From Negaprion brevirostris (lineage: Eukaryota), in contig JARDVH010000163.1 of assembly GCA_030324005.1 (NCBI GenBank), positions 46,504,754-46,567,685 on the forward strand: a stretch of DNA of 62,932 nucleotides. The letters are read 5' to 3'. A program made the translations under genes and the position numbers. Each line of letters opens with the position of its first letter. The stretch's first letter is position 1. Positions 1 to 12,588 of this stretch are shown here, one piece after another. A model generated the notes under the pieces. It ran no database searches. It saw nothing but the letters and a program-made list of their open reading frames with translations, and had not been told where the DNA came from.

Positions 1-312
1 CAGAGTTGAGGAGGAACTTCTTCTCTCAGAGGGTAGTGAATCTTTGGAATTCTCTGCCCATTGAAGCAGTGGAGGCTTAAATGTGTTTAAGTCACAGGTA
101 GATAGATTTCTGATCAATAAGGGAATTAAGGGTTATGGGAAGCAGGCAGGTAAGTGGAACTGAACCACTATCAGATCAGCCATGATCTTACTGAATGGCG
201 GGGCAGGTAAGTGGAATTGAGCCACTATCAGATCAGCCATGATCTTACTGAATGGCGGGGCAGGCTCCAGGGGCTAGATGGCCTACTCCTGCTCCTATTT
301 CTTGTGTTCTTA
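1..312 (+). mobile_element. CR1 LINE 3' end (ORF2 C-terminus and 3' UTR), running off the window start
   Basis: Translates ELRRNFFSQRVVNLWNSLP, the typical CR1 ORF2 C-terminus; 3' UTR ends ...GATGGCCTACTCCTGCTCCTATTTCTTGTGTTCTTA, as in other copies in the window. Confidence 0.9.
145..264 (+). repeat. 57-bp tandem duplication within the CR1 3' UTR
   Basis: GGCAGGTAAGTGGAA(C/T)TGA(A/G)CCACTATCAGATCAGCCATGATCTTACTGAATGGCGG at 145 and 202; GGCAGG recurs at 259. Confidence 0.9.
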
Positions 313-342
313 TCCCCGTAACTAATACCAATAGCTAATTAT

Positions 343-562
343 TCTAACCTACACATCTGCAGATACCAAGGAAGAAGTTAGCATGGCTAATTCACCTAAC
401 CAGCACGTCTTTCAGACTGTGGGAGGAAACTACAGCACCTGGAGGAAACCCACACAGACATGGAGAGAACATGCAAACTCCACACAGACAGTGACCCAAG
501 GCTAGAATTGAACCCGGGTCCTGGGTGCTGTGAGGCAGCAGTGCTATGCACTGTGCCACCCC
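343..562 (-). mobile_element. HE1-type V-SINE (tRNA-derived head plus V core)
   Basis: Reverse complement has A box GTGGCACAGTG, B box GGTTCAATTC and V core TGTGTGGAGTTTGCATGTTCTC...GGGTTTCCTCCAGGTGCT...TTTCCTCCCACAGTC. Confidence 0.9.
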
Positions 563-1177
563 AGAAGTGAAATAAAAGCCGATCAATTGTGAATTCACAC
601 CTCTACATATTCAGGATTTATGGGTTTCTGCCATTAACATCCTAGCCCCTGGGACAGACCCCCTTTCTGATCCCGTTTTAGCTGTTCCCTTTTGTCAGAG
701 CCTACAACACAGGGATGAAATCATAATCATTGTATAGTAGTAACAACATTACCAGAATGTCAGTGTTTGTCTTTTAAACTAAAGAATACAGCTCCAGGGT
801 TCTGTAAAATAATTATTTGTTGAGATTTCAGTTTAATCTCTCTGTTACAAATGCGGGTTTACTTGATTACTGGATAAATATTTCAGCAGCTCAGACCATT
901 CTGGGTGGTCCTCCTTTACAAATTCACTGATTCCTTTCCCAACTCCCCCAAATCAAACCATAAAAGAGTGCATTGAATCACTAGTTCAACATACTGTACA
1001 ATATTTGCTGCTCAGACAGACTGTGAGGTCCAGACTTTTATTGCCTAATTCAAAAACAATTTTGAACAAGACCTTACAGAACAACACTTTGGAACCAGGG
1101 TTAAATTGATTTTTTAAGGATTGATGAATGCAATAGGAGAAAAAAACCAAATCCATTCATCACTTTACATTGTTTTA

Positions 1178-3650
1178 AAAGAACAAAGAAGAACAAAGAA
1201 AAGTACAGCACAGGAACAGGCCTATGCCGATCATGGTGCTTACCTAAACAAAAACCGTATGCACTTACAGAGTCCATATCTTCCCATTCCTGTCCTGTTC
1301 ATGTATCCGTCTATTTGCCCCTTAAACGCCACTATCGTACTTGCTCCCATCAGCTCCTTAGCCAGTGCATTCCAGACATTCACCACCCACTGTGTCAAAA
1401 TCTTGCCTTGCACATCCCTTCTAAACTTTTCCCCTTGCAGTTTAAACCTATGCCCCCTAGTACTTGACTTTTCTACCCTGGGAAGGAGTATCTGACTATC
1501 CACTCTATCCATGCCACTCATAATCTTGTAAACTTCTAACAGGTCACCCCCCAACCTCCGCCATTCCAGTGAAAACAAACCGAGTTTATCCAACCCTTCC
1601 TCATAGCTAATACCCTCCAGACCAAGCAACATCTGGTAAACTGCTTCTGTATTCTCTTCAAAGCATTCACATCCTTTGGTAGTGTGGCAACCAAAATGTA
1701 CGTTATATTCTAAATGAGGCCTAATTAAAGGTGCTGTATAGCTGCCGGATGACCTGCCAATCTTTATACTCAATGCCCTGACTGATGAAGACAAGCATGC
1801 CGTATGCTTTCTTGACTACCTTATCCACCTGCATTGCCACTTTCAATGATTGACGGACATCGATCTGTCCAGATGCACCCAGATCTCTCTGCCTGTCAAT
1901 ACTTCTAAGGGTTCTACCATTTACTGTATAACTCCTACATGAATTGGACCTTCCAAAATGCGTTATCTCNNNNNNNNNNATACTTGTTCGGATTAAACTC
2001 CATCTGCCATTTCTGTGCCCAAGGTTCCAACTAGTCTATATCTTGCTGCATCCTCTGAAAATCCTCTTCACTATCCGCAACTCCACCAATTTTTGTGTCG
2101 TCTGCAAACTTACAAATCAGTCCAGCTACATTTTCCTCCAAACCATTGATATATACTACAAACAACAAAGGTCCCAGAACTGATCCCTACGGAACACTGC
2201 TGATCAGAACCTTCCATTCAGAAAAGCGTTACTCTACTGCTACCCTCTGTCTTCTATGGCCAAGCTAGTTCTGTATCTATCTTGCCAGCTCCCCTCTGAT
2301 CCCGTGTGACTTCATCTTTTGTACCAGTCTATCATGAGGTACATTGTCAAAAGCTTTCCTGAAGTCCGTGTATACAACGTCCACTGTCTTTCCCTCATCT
2401 GTCATCTTTATCACTTCCTCGATCAAGGTAGTGAGGCACAAGCTCCCCTTCACAAAGCCATGCTGTGTATCACTAACAAGTCCATGTGTTTCCAAATGTG
2501 AGTAAATCCTATCCCCAAGGATCTTTTCCAATGCCCCAGCAACTTCCGCCTTTGCCTCCCTCAGTATTCTGGGATAGATCCCATCAGGCCTTGGGGACTT
2601 ATCTATTTTAATGCTTTTTAAGCCACCCAATACCTCCTTCTTTTTGATATCAACATGACCCAGAATATCTACACACCCTATCTTAGCTCTTCATCCATCA
2701 AATCCCTCTCTTTGGTGAATACTGAGGCAAAGTATTAATTTTAGTACCTCGCCCATTTCCTCTGATTCCATGCATAGTTTCCCTCCACTATCCTTGAGTG
2801 GACCAACCCTTTCCCTGGCTATCTTCTTGCTCTTTACATACATGTAAAATGGCTTAGGATTTTCCTTAATCCTGTTTGCCAAAGACTTTTCATGACCCTT
2901 TTTAGCTCTCCTAGCTTCTTTCTTAAGTTCTCTCCTACATTCTTTATATTCTTCAGGGGCTACATCTATCCTCAGCCTTTTAGCCCTTACAAATGCTTTC
3001 TTTTTCCTTTTGACAAGGTCCATAATATCCCTCGTTATCCAAGGCTCCCGATACTTGCCACACTTATCCTTCATCCTCACAGGTACATGCCGGTCCTGAA
3101 TTCCAATCAATTGGCATTTGAAAGACTCCCACGTCGAATGTTGATTTACCCTCAAACAGCCTCTCCCAATCTATACTCTCCAGATCCTGCCGAATGTTAT
3201 TGTAGTCANNNNNNNNNNNNNNNNNNNNNNNNNNNNNNNNNNNNNNNNNNNNNNNNNNNNNNNNNNNNNNNNNNNNNNNNNNNNNNNNNNNNNNNNNNNN
3301 NNNNNNNNAAGTTCCTCCTCAACTCCGTTCTAAACCGCCCCCCCTTTATCTTGAGGCTGTGCCCCCTAGTCCTACTGTCCTTTTTGAGCGGGAAGAGCCT
3401 CTCCACCTCTATCCTATCCATCCCCTTCATCATCTTATATGTCTCTGAACTTCAAACATTTGGACCGGCTCATCCCTCAATACCAAGTCTAATATGTCTC
3501 CTTCCCGAGTTGGGCTAATTACATACTGTTTCAACAAATCCTCCTTACAAATTCTGCCCCATCGAAGCCCCTAGCAATGTGAGACACAATCAATGTAGGG
3601 AAAGTTAAAATCGCCCATCACAACAAACCTGTTGTTTTCGCATCTTTCCA
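1178..3650 (-). mobile_element. Decayed CR1 LINE ORF2 (endonuclease, RT, C-terminus, 3' UTR)
   Basis: Minus-strand peptides VMGDFNFP (~3590-3625, APE endonuclease), KSPRPDGIYPRILRE, QHGFVKG, DVVYTDFRKAFDNVPH, KFADDTK (~2091-2111) and LIRPHLEY; many stops and frameshifts; short tandem tail at 1178-1200. Confidence 0.92.
3309..3445 (-). mobile_element. Second CR1 3' fragment nested in the older CR1, next to a 100-N gap
   Basis: MMKGMDRIEVERLFPLKKDSRTRGHSLKIKGGRFRTELRRN, a C-terminal segment lying out of order inside the endonuclease-RT linker of the host copy. Confidence 0.8.
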
Positions 3651-3697
3651 AAATAATTCCATATTCACTACCTCCAATGTTTATTCTCTCCATTTTG

Positions 3698-3862
3698 TAC
3701 AATTTTGTCTTTTAAAAAGCATTTAGACAGTTCTGTGGGTTAGATGGGTATAGAGAGATATGGACCAAACATGGGCAATTGGGATTAGCTTAGATGTTTA
3801 AAAAAAAGGGCAGTATGGACAAGTTGGGCCGAAGAGCCTGCTTCCATGCTGTAAGCCTCTAT
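3698..3862 (+). mobile_element. CR1 extreme 3' end
   Basis: FKKHLD terminus plus 3' UTR; near reverse complement of 4018-4183. Confidence 0.85.
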
Positions 3863-3869
3863 ATAAAAA

Positions 3870-4680
3870 AAATCAACAAAATGCTTTGCAGCAACTCCAC
3901 AAGGCACCTTTGACAACACGTTCCAAATAAACAACCTCTGCCACCTAGAATGACAAGGGCATCAGGTGCATGGGAAAACCACCACTTCTGAGGCACACGC
4001 CATCTTGACTTAGAGTCATAGAGGTTCACAGCTTGGAAACAGGCCCTTTGGCCCAACTTGTCCATGCCGCCCTTTTATTTTAAACCTCCAAGCTAATCCC
4101 AATAACCTTCATTTGGCCAATATCCCTCTACACTCATCTTACCCATGTAACTGTCCAAATGCTTTTTAAAATACAAAATTGTATCCATCTCTAATATTAC
4201 CTTTGGCAGTTTGTTCCAGACATTCACCATCCTCTGTGTGAAAAAATTGCCCCTCTGGACACTTTCATATCTCTCCCTTCTCACCTTAAATCTATGCCCT
4301 CTAGTTTTAGACACCCCTAGCTTTGGGAAAAGATAATGACCATCTAACTGATCTATGCCCCTCGTTATTTTATAGACCTCTGTAAGAACACCCCTTAGCC
4401 TCCTACGCTCCAGAGAAAAAGTCCCAGTCTTTCCAACCTCTCCATATAACTCAAAACCATCAAGTAGCATCCGAGTAAATCTTTTCTGCACTCTTTCTAG
4501 TTTAATAATATCCTTTCTATAACAGGGTGACCAGAACTGTATACTGTAGGATACAGTTCTTGGAAATATATTGTTGTTCCTTCAGTGTTGCTAGGTCAAA
4601 ATTCTGGAACTCCCATCCAAACAGCACATGGACTGCAGCAGCTCAAGAAGGCGGCTCATCATCTTCTCTAGAGCCCTTCT
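3870..4680 (+). mobile_element. LINE 3' fragment (CR1/L2-group, different family), split by a CR1 insertion into 3870-4011 and 4558-4680
   Basis: The two halves joined are colinear with the uninterrupted copy at 8775-9025 (CTCTGCCACCTAGAATGACAAGGGCATCAG...CATCTTGACTT|GGAAAT...CAAAATTCTGGAACTCCCATCCAAAC). Confidence 0.8.
4012..4545 (-). mobile_element. CR1 3' end (~530 bp)
   Basis: ORF 4093-4491: FSLERRRLRG...KTRGHRFKV...GNFFTQRMVNVWNKLP...FKKHLDSYM. Confidence 0.92.
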
Positions 4681-4861
4681 CTAGGACAACGAAAAGGGGA
4701 AAATCTGGCAAAATAGAAATGGCACCAATAATCTGGTAATGTACTGGAAGGAAAGAGCAGATGCCATCCAGGGTGAAAACCACCCTAATGACTATGTATT
4801 TCAAATGGAATCCCAATGCCACTGCACCCATTAAGAAATTTGATTGACCTCGTCGTGGAAG

Positions 4862-5275
4862 TTAATTAGGAAGAGGAATAGTCTTGACAAGAAACAGGGT
4901 GGGAAGAAATGTAATTGAGGTAGCTATGGGAGTCAGTAGATTTGTGGCAGATACTGGTGCAAAGCTTATATCTATCAATGGAGATAAAGAAGTGAAGGAA
5001 GGGAAGGGGAAAGTCAGAGATGGACCGGGCAAAGGTAAAGAAGGTTTGGAAGTGAAAAGCAAAATTAATGAAGCTTTCCAGCTTGGTGAAAACAGGAAAC
5101 AGAAGTCTTCATACTAGAAAAAAATAATCAGGGAGACTGATTCACACTAGAACAAAGAAAATGCAATACATCCTGCAAAAAGGCAGACATAGCTAGGATC
5201 CATGTAGGTTTCCATAGCGACACCTTTCATTTGGAGGAAGTAAGTGGAGTTAAAGGGAAAATTGTTCCATGTAAA
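4862..5275 (-). mobile_element. Penelope-like element reverse transcriptase fragment (decayed)
   Basis: Minus strand gives NNFPFNSTYFLQMKGVAMETYMDPSY and FINFAFHFQ..FTFARSISDFPLPFL....HKSTDSHSYLNYISSHP, matching PLE RT motifs (Q..GVAMG..MGP; LPFLD; YKPTDSHSYLDY.SSHP). Confidence 0.8.
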
Positions 5276-8200
5276 GTTGATATATTACAGAGACAGATAA
5301 GTCAGTGCCAACATAAAATTAAAATGCATAGACAAAGAGAGATGGAAAAGAGGTGGCACGATTGTAAATTGGCGTTATACCAACAGAAAACTGAAAAGCT
5401 ATGACTTAAGCAAAGCAGATCTGAATAGTTTTCTTCCACAGATGGCAGAATGCACCAAAATGGCTATAGATCAGGAAATAGATGTCCAGAGATCTATTTA
5501 AGGGTCTGGTGCATGATAAATTAATCAAAGCTAGCCGTATTCAATTATGAATGGCAAAGACAGATTGAACTTATAGTTCCCTAACACTGAGCCTTAAAGA
5601 TATGGGCAGAGAAGCTGAAATGAGTATTCAGTGGTCAAATAATGATTGGATTTCTTTTGTGTTGATCTCACTTCAATTGCAAATTATGATGCAATGAACT
5701 AAACAATTGGGACATTTTATTCCCACTCAAGCACAGGAGCATACATTTAAAATATTATGTAAAGTCCAGGATCTGTGTGTAATAGGTCACTTTATAGAAG
5801 ACTTACAGGTATATCCATCAATGGAGCTAAAGAAGTGAAGGAACACAGGGTCAGACAGTCAACAGAGCTCAGCATCATGTGGATTCCTGAGGGCAAAGGA
5901 AATTACAAGCAGAAACTACCATTCAACACCTCCAAGGGTCACTAAAACAATTGATTGGTTGCAAGATGATGAAGAGGAATTGCATAGCTTTGCAGACGTT
6001 AAAAGGCATAAATTCTGAAAGCAGGTGTGGAAAGTTTCCCTCCACAGATGCTATTCAACCCAAATATTATCCAGTATTTTCAAAGTGTAAACAGTTGTTT
6101 AGTGACACAATGCCATCAAATTTCCAGGCTATGGTCAAGGGTGAACTAACGATGAAAGACAGTTGGATCGTTAACAATGTTTGAAATGAAACACAGGCAA
6201 AGAACCTGGAATCTACAGCCGATGGCCGTATCTTAGGCATGATGTGGGCAGCTATTTTAAAGTTACCCACAATGCTGCATTCTTAGGAAACCATGATGAA
6301 GGGACTGGTGTGGGGCAGCGCACCTAGAATGTGTATCCAAAGATATCAGTCCAAGATACAAGGCAGACTGGAGCATTTCTGTTTCTCCTGACTCAACATA
6401 AATATAAGGAGAAAGAGAAATAGCCTTACTGTTTAATTGATGACCTCTGGAAGTTCCTTTAATTGTTCACTAACACTTGCTTAATATTCATGTGAAAATC
6501 TATGTTTTCTCAACTAGAATGATACTAGTGATGTTGCAGCGTAAGAATGGGCTTGTACCCCTGTAGCACATGCAATTTGCAATAGTAGAAAGCTTGGCTG
6601 CTTTTTTGTGGTCTGATATTAAATTAATATTGATCTTTCACTGCTGGCAGAAATGTAATATTAAGTCCCAGAACTTCTTTAACCCACATTTATTAGATCA
6701 CGACAAATGTTATGATGTGAAGCTGTATGTGAAAAATATTAATTGTAGGTTTATTATCAAACAGCCAGAAAAAATCAATACAACAGTAATGAAATAAGCA
6801 CTCAACTACATTTGTTATACATTACCATAAATTCACTATAAAATTATTCTATGGCATTTGAAATTGGCCAAAATGTCTACAGTGAAGGTTATTTCTAGTA
6901 ACACGAGGATAAATTGTTCAAAGATGAAACAAAAATAGTTTCTTGTCTTGACATCTTAGACACGTAAGCTAAAATAAATTAGCACAACAATTTTGATATT
7001 TCAAACATCACTCACTCTGCCGCCACTGTCACAGCTCTAATCACTGCTCATGCAACCTGAGGCTGGTCACTAATGCACCGAAACATTGCTAATGACACCG
7101 AGCTATGACAAGATAAGGACACGTTCATAATGAATTACTTCAGCAAAGCAATGTAGTCAGAATAATTATAGAATCACATGTCCTTCTGGCCCTTGATTGT
7201 CACAATCATCACTTCCAATGCTAAAACAATATTATGATAACCTTATGTTCAACAAAAGCTGCGACTGTTTAATAGTGTTGTACATGTATACTGTAGTTTA
7301 AAGTCCTGCTTAGCCACTACTGGCATTTGGCACGCCGACGTTTTANNNNNNNNNNNNNNNNNNNNNNNNNNNNNNNNNNNNNNNNNNNNNNNNNNNNNNN
7401 NNNNNNNAATAAGCTTTTGCAGGTGTTTCCCTGCCATATCTCACAATGATCTTGAAGTGATTGTCTTAGCAAGTTTACTTTGATAATGAGATTTTAATAT
7501 TTCAAATTTGGGGATAATTACACTTATCCCTATCATCAAAAAACACATGCAGCAACCATAGGGTTAAATCCATTATAATAGTTTCACTGCTTCCCCAAGA
7601 GGCTCATAGCAAGGAAAATATCTAGCCACACCAATAGCGAGATAGAGTTATCTCTCCATACTGTAACTATCTGCCAAACTGTAGCATCCTGAAAATGTCA
7701 GACAATGTCATCACTGCAAATTGCCCAGATTTCCCAGCTACCATATTGTCAATAGGCAGCTGTCAAGCAAGAGATAATGTAAATGTAGCAGGCAGTGGAA
7801 AGCGAGTGATATCGCTGAAAGGAGTCCAAAGAAATTGATTTTTTTAAAATCTAATAACCGAAAGAATATCCCATCATGTATCTTAAACTCATTATCCTTA
7901 TTAAGCCATTATCAATCCAAAACAAAATGGTAATTTTGTGAGAATAGTGGAGAAATAAGAAAAATAAAGACAAATGGAATAAAATATCACTTGGAGCAGA
8001 AGTAAAGTTTTTTTGAGGTAAAGTTTCTATTTTTAGAACAATCAACAATCCATACACAAATTATGTTCAATATTGCCATAATTTTCCAAATTGATTATAT
8101 GGTTAAAGTTTTCATTCAACCTCACTTGCATAATCAGAGTGTAAATTCATCAATGCACGCAACTGGGCAACATTTTAGCAGGTTTTTCTTGCATGAAAAG

Positions 8201-8447
8201 GTGTTCCTTGTTGAACCGAAGAACGGTAACCCAGTGCAGTTTTAAAAATACAGATGAAAGTGGGTTTATCACAAAAAAAAGCACTTTTAATAAGTGTCTA
8301 ATCCATTTCTGTAAGTAAGCTGATTTTCAATAAAATTAGTTAAGAAATAATACAGAACCACTTACTAGTTTAATTGATGTATGGGCAGTCAGCTTTTTAA
8401 TAAATTACACTTTTTTAATGTTATAAGCTTTTCAAAGGTACCTATTC

Positions 8448-8600
8448 TGGCCTGGTGGTACTGTGGACAGAGCCCCTGCCTCTGAGTCAAAAGTTCTGAG
8501 TTTGAGTCCCACCTTATGGCTTACGGTCAAGAAAGGTACATTTACAACATGACCAAACAGATTAAATGTCGACCTGCAAATCCTTTCAACATATACCAAG
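8448..8600 (+). mobile_element. Probable tRNA-derived SINE 5' portion
   Basis: tRNA-like head CCCTGCCTCTGAGTCAAAAGTTCTGAGTTTGAGTCCCA with a degenerate B box; family not identified. Confidence 0.45.
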
Positions 8601-8699
8601 AGCAAGAGAGATTCATCAGCCATGTGACAGAAAGATCATTGGAGCTTCCACCTTCAACATGCATAGCTCCAGACGACAACATGCATGTAGTCAGGCTAG

Positions 8700-9090
8700 C
8701 CTTGACTGGTACCACATCCACCACCTCCAATGTCTACTCTCTCCACCATTTTGCACAGTGACAGCAGTCTGTACAATCAACAAGATACATTGCAGCAACT
8801 CAACAAAATGCCTTCGACAACACCTTTCAAACAGACAACCTCTGCCACCTAGAATGACAAGGGCATCAGATGCATGAGAACACCATCACTTCTGAGGCAC
8901 ATATCATCTTGACTTGGAAATTTATTGTTGTTCCTTCAGTGTTTCTGGCTCAAAATTCTGGAACTCCCATCCAAACTGTGCACGGACTGCAGCAGCTGAA
9001 GAAGGCGGCTCACCGCCATCTTCTCTCATGCAATTAGGAATGGGCAATAAAGAATTGACCTAGCCAGTGACACCCACCTCCCATTAAAGA
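8700..9090 (+). mobile_element. LINE 3' end (same family as 3870-4680)
   Basis: YSLHH / TVTAVCTINKIHCSNSTKCLRQHL / SKFWNS; 3' UTR GCAATTAGGAATGGGCAATAAA...CTAGCCAGTGACACCCACCTCCCAT. Confidence 0.8.
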
Positions 9091-9724
9091 ATTTTTATAA
9101 AGGCATTTGCAAAATCCAGTTCCCTGGTGATGCATACAGACAAAAAAAGTTTTGGTAGAAATGCCTGCACATGGAAATCATTGAAAACAACAGGCAGTAT
9201 AAATTTAACATACTGCCTGTGATGCAATGTACAGGCACAGGTTAATTGCACATTGTAATCCCAATGTTGGTTTTCAGGGATTAGCCAAGTGAGCTCCCAG
9301 TCTCCCCGTACACAAAAACTGTGGGCGGAATTTAATCAGTGCACACTATTCCTAACAGCAGAACCTGAGGAGGGTGCCATTTCTATTCTGGTGTCAGGAT
9401 CAGGCATCCACACGATTCATATGAAAATTCAAACAGCTGGCTCTGCGCATGTGGAATACATGCAAATATGTGGTAGGGACAGGTTTTGACTGGAGGGTCC
9501 TGCTTTTGGGCAAACTATAAAAGAGCCACCTGGGCAAATAAGCAAAGCTGTGCATCAAAGATGGAGGCTGCATATCTGTTCATTTTTCAGACTGCAACAA
9601 CTTCTTTTCTGATGCTTCACAACCTACAACTCCTTCAAACTTCTCCCCCCTTTCACTGCACCCCCTCTTAAAATCCATTGACTTCAGGCCCCTTTCCCCG
9701 TCATTTTATGTCAAAGCCAACAAA

Positions 9725-10332
9725 ATGCCAGAGCAAGACAAGTCTCATGGTTCAGTGATGCCTCAGTGCACATTGTCCTCAAGGTGTTTCAGAATGGTAC
9801 CAGTTGCTCTTCCTGAATGGTGGCAACAGAATATCCTTCCACCTAACCAAGGCAGCCTGGATGGAAGTTGCAAATGAGGTCAGCCACAGTGGCATCCACG
9901 CAAGAATATAGATGCAGTGCACTGCAGTAAACGGCTCTTTCAATCCAGCTGTGTAAATGCCACATTGGCATGGGATTGTCTCTGATATGGGTATCAGGCA
10001 AATGTAACTCTGAAGTTAGGCAGGTGAATGCATTATCGGCCTTAAGATTACAGAACACTTGAGGCCAAAGCATGTGATAGCAATTAGATATGGGCCATTA
10101 TGTGTGATGGGGAGGTGTGCAGACAAATAGGTCAGTTGGCATTTGCCAAGTCACTAATTCTCCACTTTCTCCTACAGGACAAATAGATGTATAATCTGAA
10201 AGAAATGGCAAAGATGGGCAGAGGAGTGTGTGATATGACAATCCTCACCCCTGCTAAGGAGGAAGCCATCCAGATTATTGAGGAGGAGCAAATCTGCTGC
10301 TGATGGTGAGGCTAGCATGGCAAGGCAGCAAA
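9725..10332 (+). pseudogene. Harbinger Myb/SANT-like DNA-binding protein, exons 1-2 (frameshifted)
   Basis: WFSDASVHIVL / LFLNGGNR...LTKAAWMEVANEVS...RI*MQC; acceptor TTTCTCCTACAG (~10177), then DK*MYNLKEMAKMGRG...ILT; donor AAG|GTGAG (~10333). Confidence 0.75.
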
Positions 10333-11854
10333 GGTGAGAATACATCAATCTAGACCTGCCATAAAGAATGTTCAGGATCATGCGAGGAATTGTGCTTCAA
10401 CTCTGTGGAATCAGAACATGTTTCTACCAGTTCTCCTGTATAGATGCCTGCAATCCAGACCACAGACCTCTGTCATTGGAGACAGTAGATTCCACCTCTG
10501 GGCACAGAGATACAGCGGATTCACCATCACTGAACTCTCCTGTACCCACTACCAGTTAGCTACATCCATCCAGGTTGCAGATGGGTCTCATTTAGAGCTG
10601 GAGCCTGAAGCCTCTGGTGAGCACAGTACAGACACATTCCAACAGTTGAGGGAGACTGTAACAGTCAAGATCCCTGATGCTCAAGAGGACTGCTCAGGAT
10701 CAGGCACCACAGAGTGCCACATCGATGACAGGCCATTCATGGTGGCCACAGAAGGTTTCTGAACATGCAGCAGAGGTTAGGGGAACAATTGGTGGAAATG
10801 CTAAGTGTTATAGGCAGCTTTGTGAAAGTATGGAAAAGCCAGAAGTTCTGCTATGTCTCGGACAAACGAGCATATGGAGAGTTTGGCAACTGCCATGGGC
10901 AGTCAGATCAAACAATCTGTCCAGATGATTTGCATTGCATTATTCTAGCCATGGGCTTAGTGCATCAGTGGCTGGAGGAGAGGGAACAAAGGCACCTGGA
11001 TCTCCCTGCAAGGGGCACTTCCCCTCAGGATTTAGGCAGGTACCACCATGCACCCAGATGGAGGAAAAGCACGTGACACCTGCCCAGGGACTTACCCCTT
11101 AGGATACCACCAGATGACCGATCCCTCACCTTTCCCTCCACCATTAACCCCCTCTCCTCTAATAGGCATGGCTGAGGAAGTTGCCCCACATATATCCAGA
11201 ACATCCCCATTTGGACAGAGCCCTGAAGACCCCAGACCTCCCAGAAGATACAGGCCAAAGTCATTGCTGGCAACAAGGCTTCACACTCTGCAGTCTGTTG
11301 CCACCTCTTGCTGCTGATGTTAGGTTTGCAGCAGGATGTAGTGGTAGAAAGTTGAAGAACTGATGAGAGTAGAGGTAGCATGGGTGTTTTAATGAATTTC
11401 ACTTTGTCGCATGTAAATTGCTCAGAATATATTGTTTATTTGTGTTTGCATTATTTTCCTTTTCATGCTCTTGATTAGTCATAGACTTAATTGTATTGGC
11501 ATGTCTTATGGCTGGCACTCATTAATGGTTGCAGGAGAATGTTAGACACTTAAGTTATTGTGTAGAATATTATGATGGTGTTTCATGTTTGAGATCAGCC
11601 TCCATCTAATCTAGCAGGGGTTGTTAGGCATGTCAAAATGGTGAACTTGTCCCCCATGAGGAGAGAATAGTTCTGCAGGTTCCTCAAACTTGGATGAATC
11701 TCATGTACATAAGATTGCCCCGGTATCCCTGGCTTTAATATCCATTAGAGGCTCACGCGCAATCATGTCCTCTTCCTGAGGCTCATTCCATTCATTTAAT
11801 ATCAGCAAAATACCGCGGATCATTCAAGCCTGATATCAAACCTGAAAATGCTGA

Positions 11855-11950
11855 TGTTCCAAAGGAGACTCATATTTGACTCGAAATCTTAACTTTTGTT
11901 TCATTCTCCACGGATACTGCAAGGCCTGCTGAGGATTTCCAGTACTTTTA
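11855..11950 (+). mobile_element. Penelope terminal-repeat fragment inserted in the Harbinger transposase 3' part
   Basis: GACTCGAAATCTTAAC...CTCCACGGATACTGCAAGGCCTGCTGAGGATTTCCAG, homologous to 16172-16272. Confidence 0.6.
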
Positions 11951-12432
11951 TTTATCTCATCCCACTTATCTTCCTCTGAGGATGGTGTTCCATCCCAGCA
12001 CCCTGTTGTCAGGGTTCCCCATGTTATACAGTTTTCAATATAGTATGAATATCTATGAAACACTCTGTGATGAATACTGCAGAGCCCCTGTAGACCAGTC
12101 TAGACAGCCAAAGTACATTTTTAACATGCCGATGGCCTGTTTGATAATGGCTTTTGTACAAATATTGGTTTTGTTGCAGTGCTGATCCACTGCTCTCTGG
12201 GGATGCCTCACTGGTGTCATCAACCATGTCCTAGTCACCTAGAACCCAGCCCTCAATCTGGGCTGGAATCTCAAAGGCTGTGAGTTCCCCAAGATATGTG
12301 AGCCACAAGAGCACCCTAGGACTATATGATTCTTTGTCCCTGGTTGTAAATTAGTTGGACATTTAAAGAGTGAAATAACTTACAATTCACATGTGCCTCC
12401 GACTGTTCCCTGGGATCTCTAACGGTAACAAC

Positions 12433-12494
12433 CAATTACTCCAAAGTAATTACAATTACTCCAAAGTAATTACAATTACTCCACAGTAATTACA
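12433..12494. repeat. Three 20-bp tandem units, each a hairpin
   Basis: CAATTACTCCAAAGTAATTA x3 (third copy has one substitution); stem AATTACT/AGTAATT, loop CCAA. Confidence 0.92.
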
Positions 12495-12588
12495 GTCCAA
12501 GGATGTGCGAGTTAGGTTGATTAGCCATGGTAAATTGCCACAGACTCGATGGGCTAAATGGCCTCCTTCTGCACTGTAGGGATTCTAT
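12494..12588 (+). mobile_element. 5'-truncated, internally deleted HE1 SINE
   Basis: ACAGTCCAAGGATGTGCGAGTTAGGTTGATT...CAGACTCGATGGGCTAAATGGCCTCCTTCTGCACTGTAGGGATTCTA; compare 24690-24880. Confidence 0.8.

Noticed and set aside
1240-3155. ORFs of 117-184 aa as host genes or an active reverse transcriptase
   Set aside because: Fragments of one CR1 ORF2 with stops, frameshifts and an internal deletion.
12433-12494. Palindromic 20-bp repeats as CRISPR or operator array
   Set aside because: Head-to-tail with no spacers, and located at a transposon junction.
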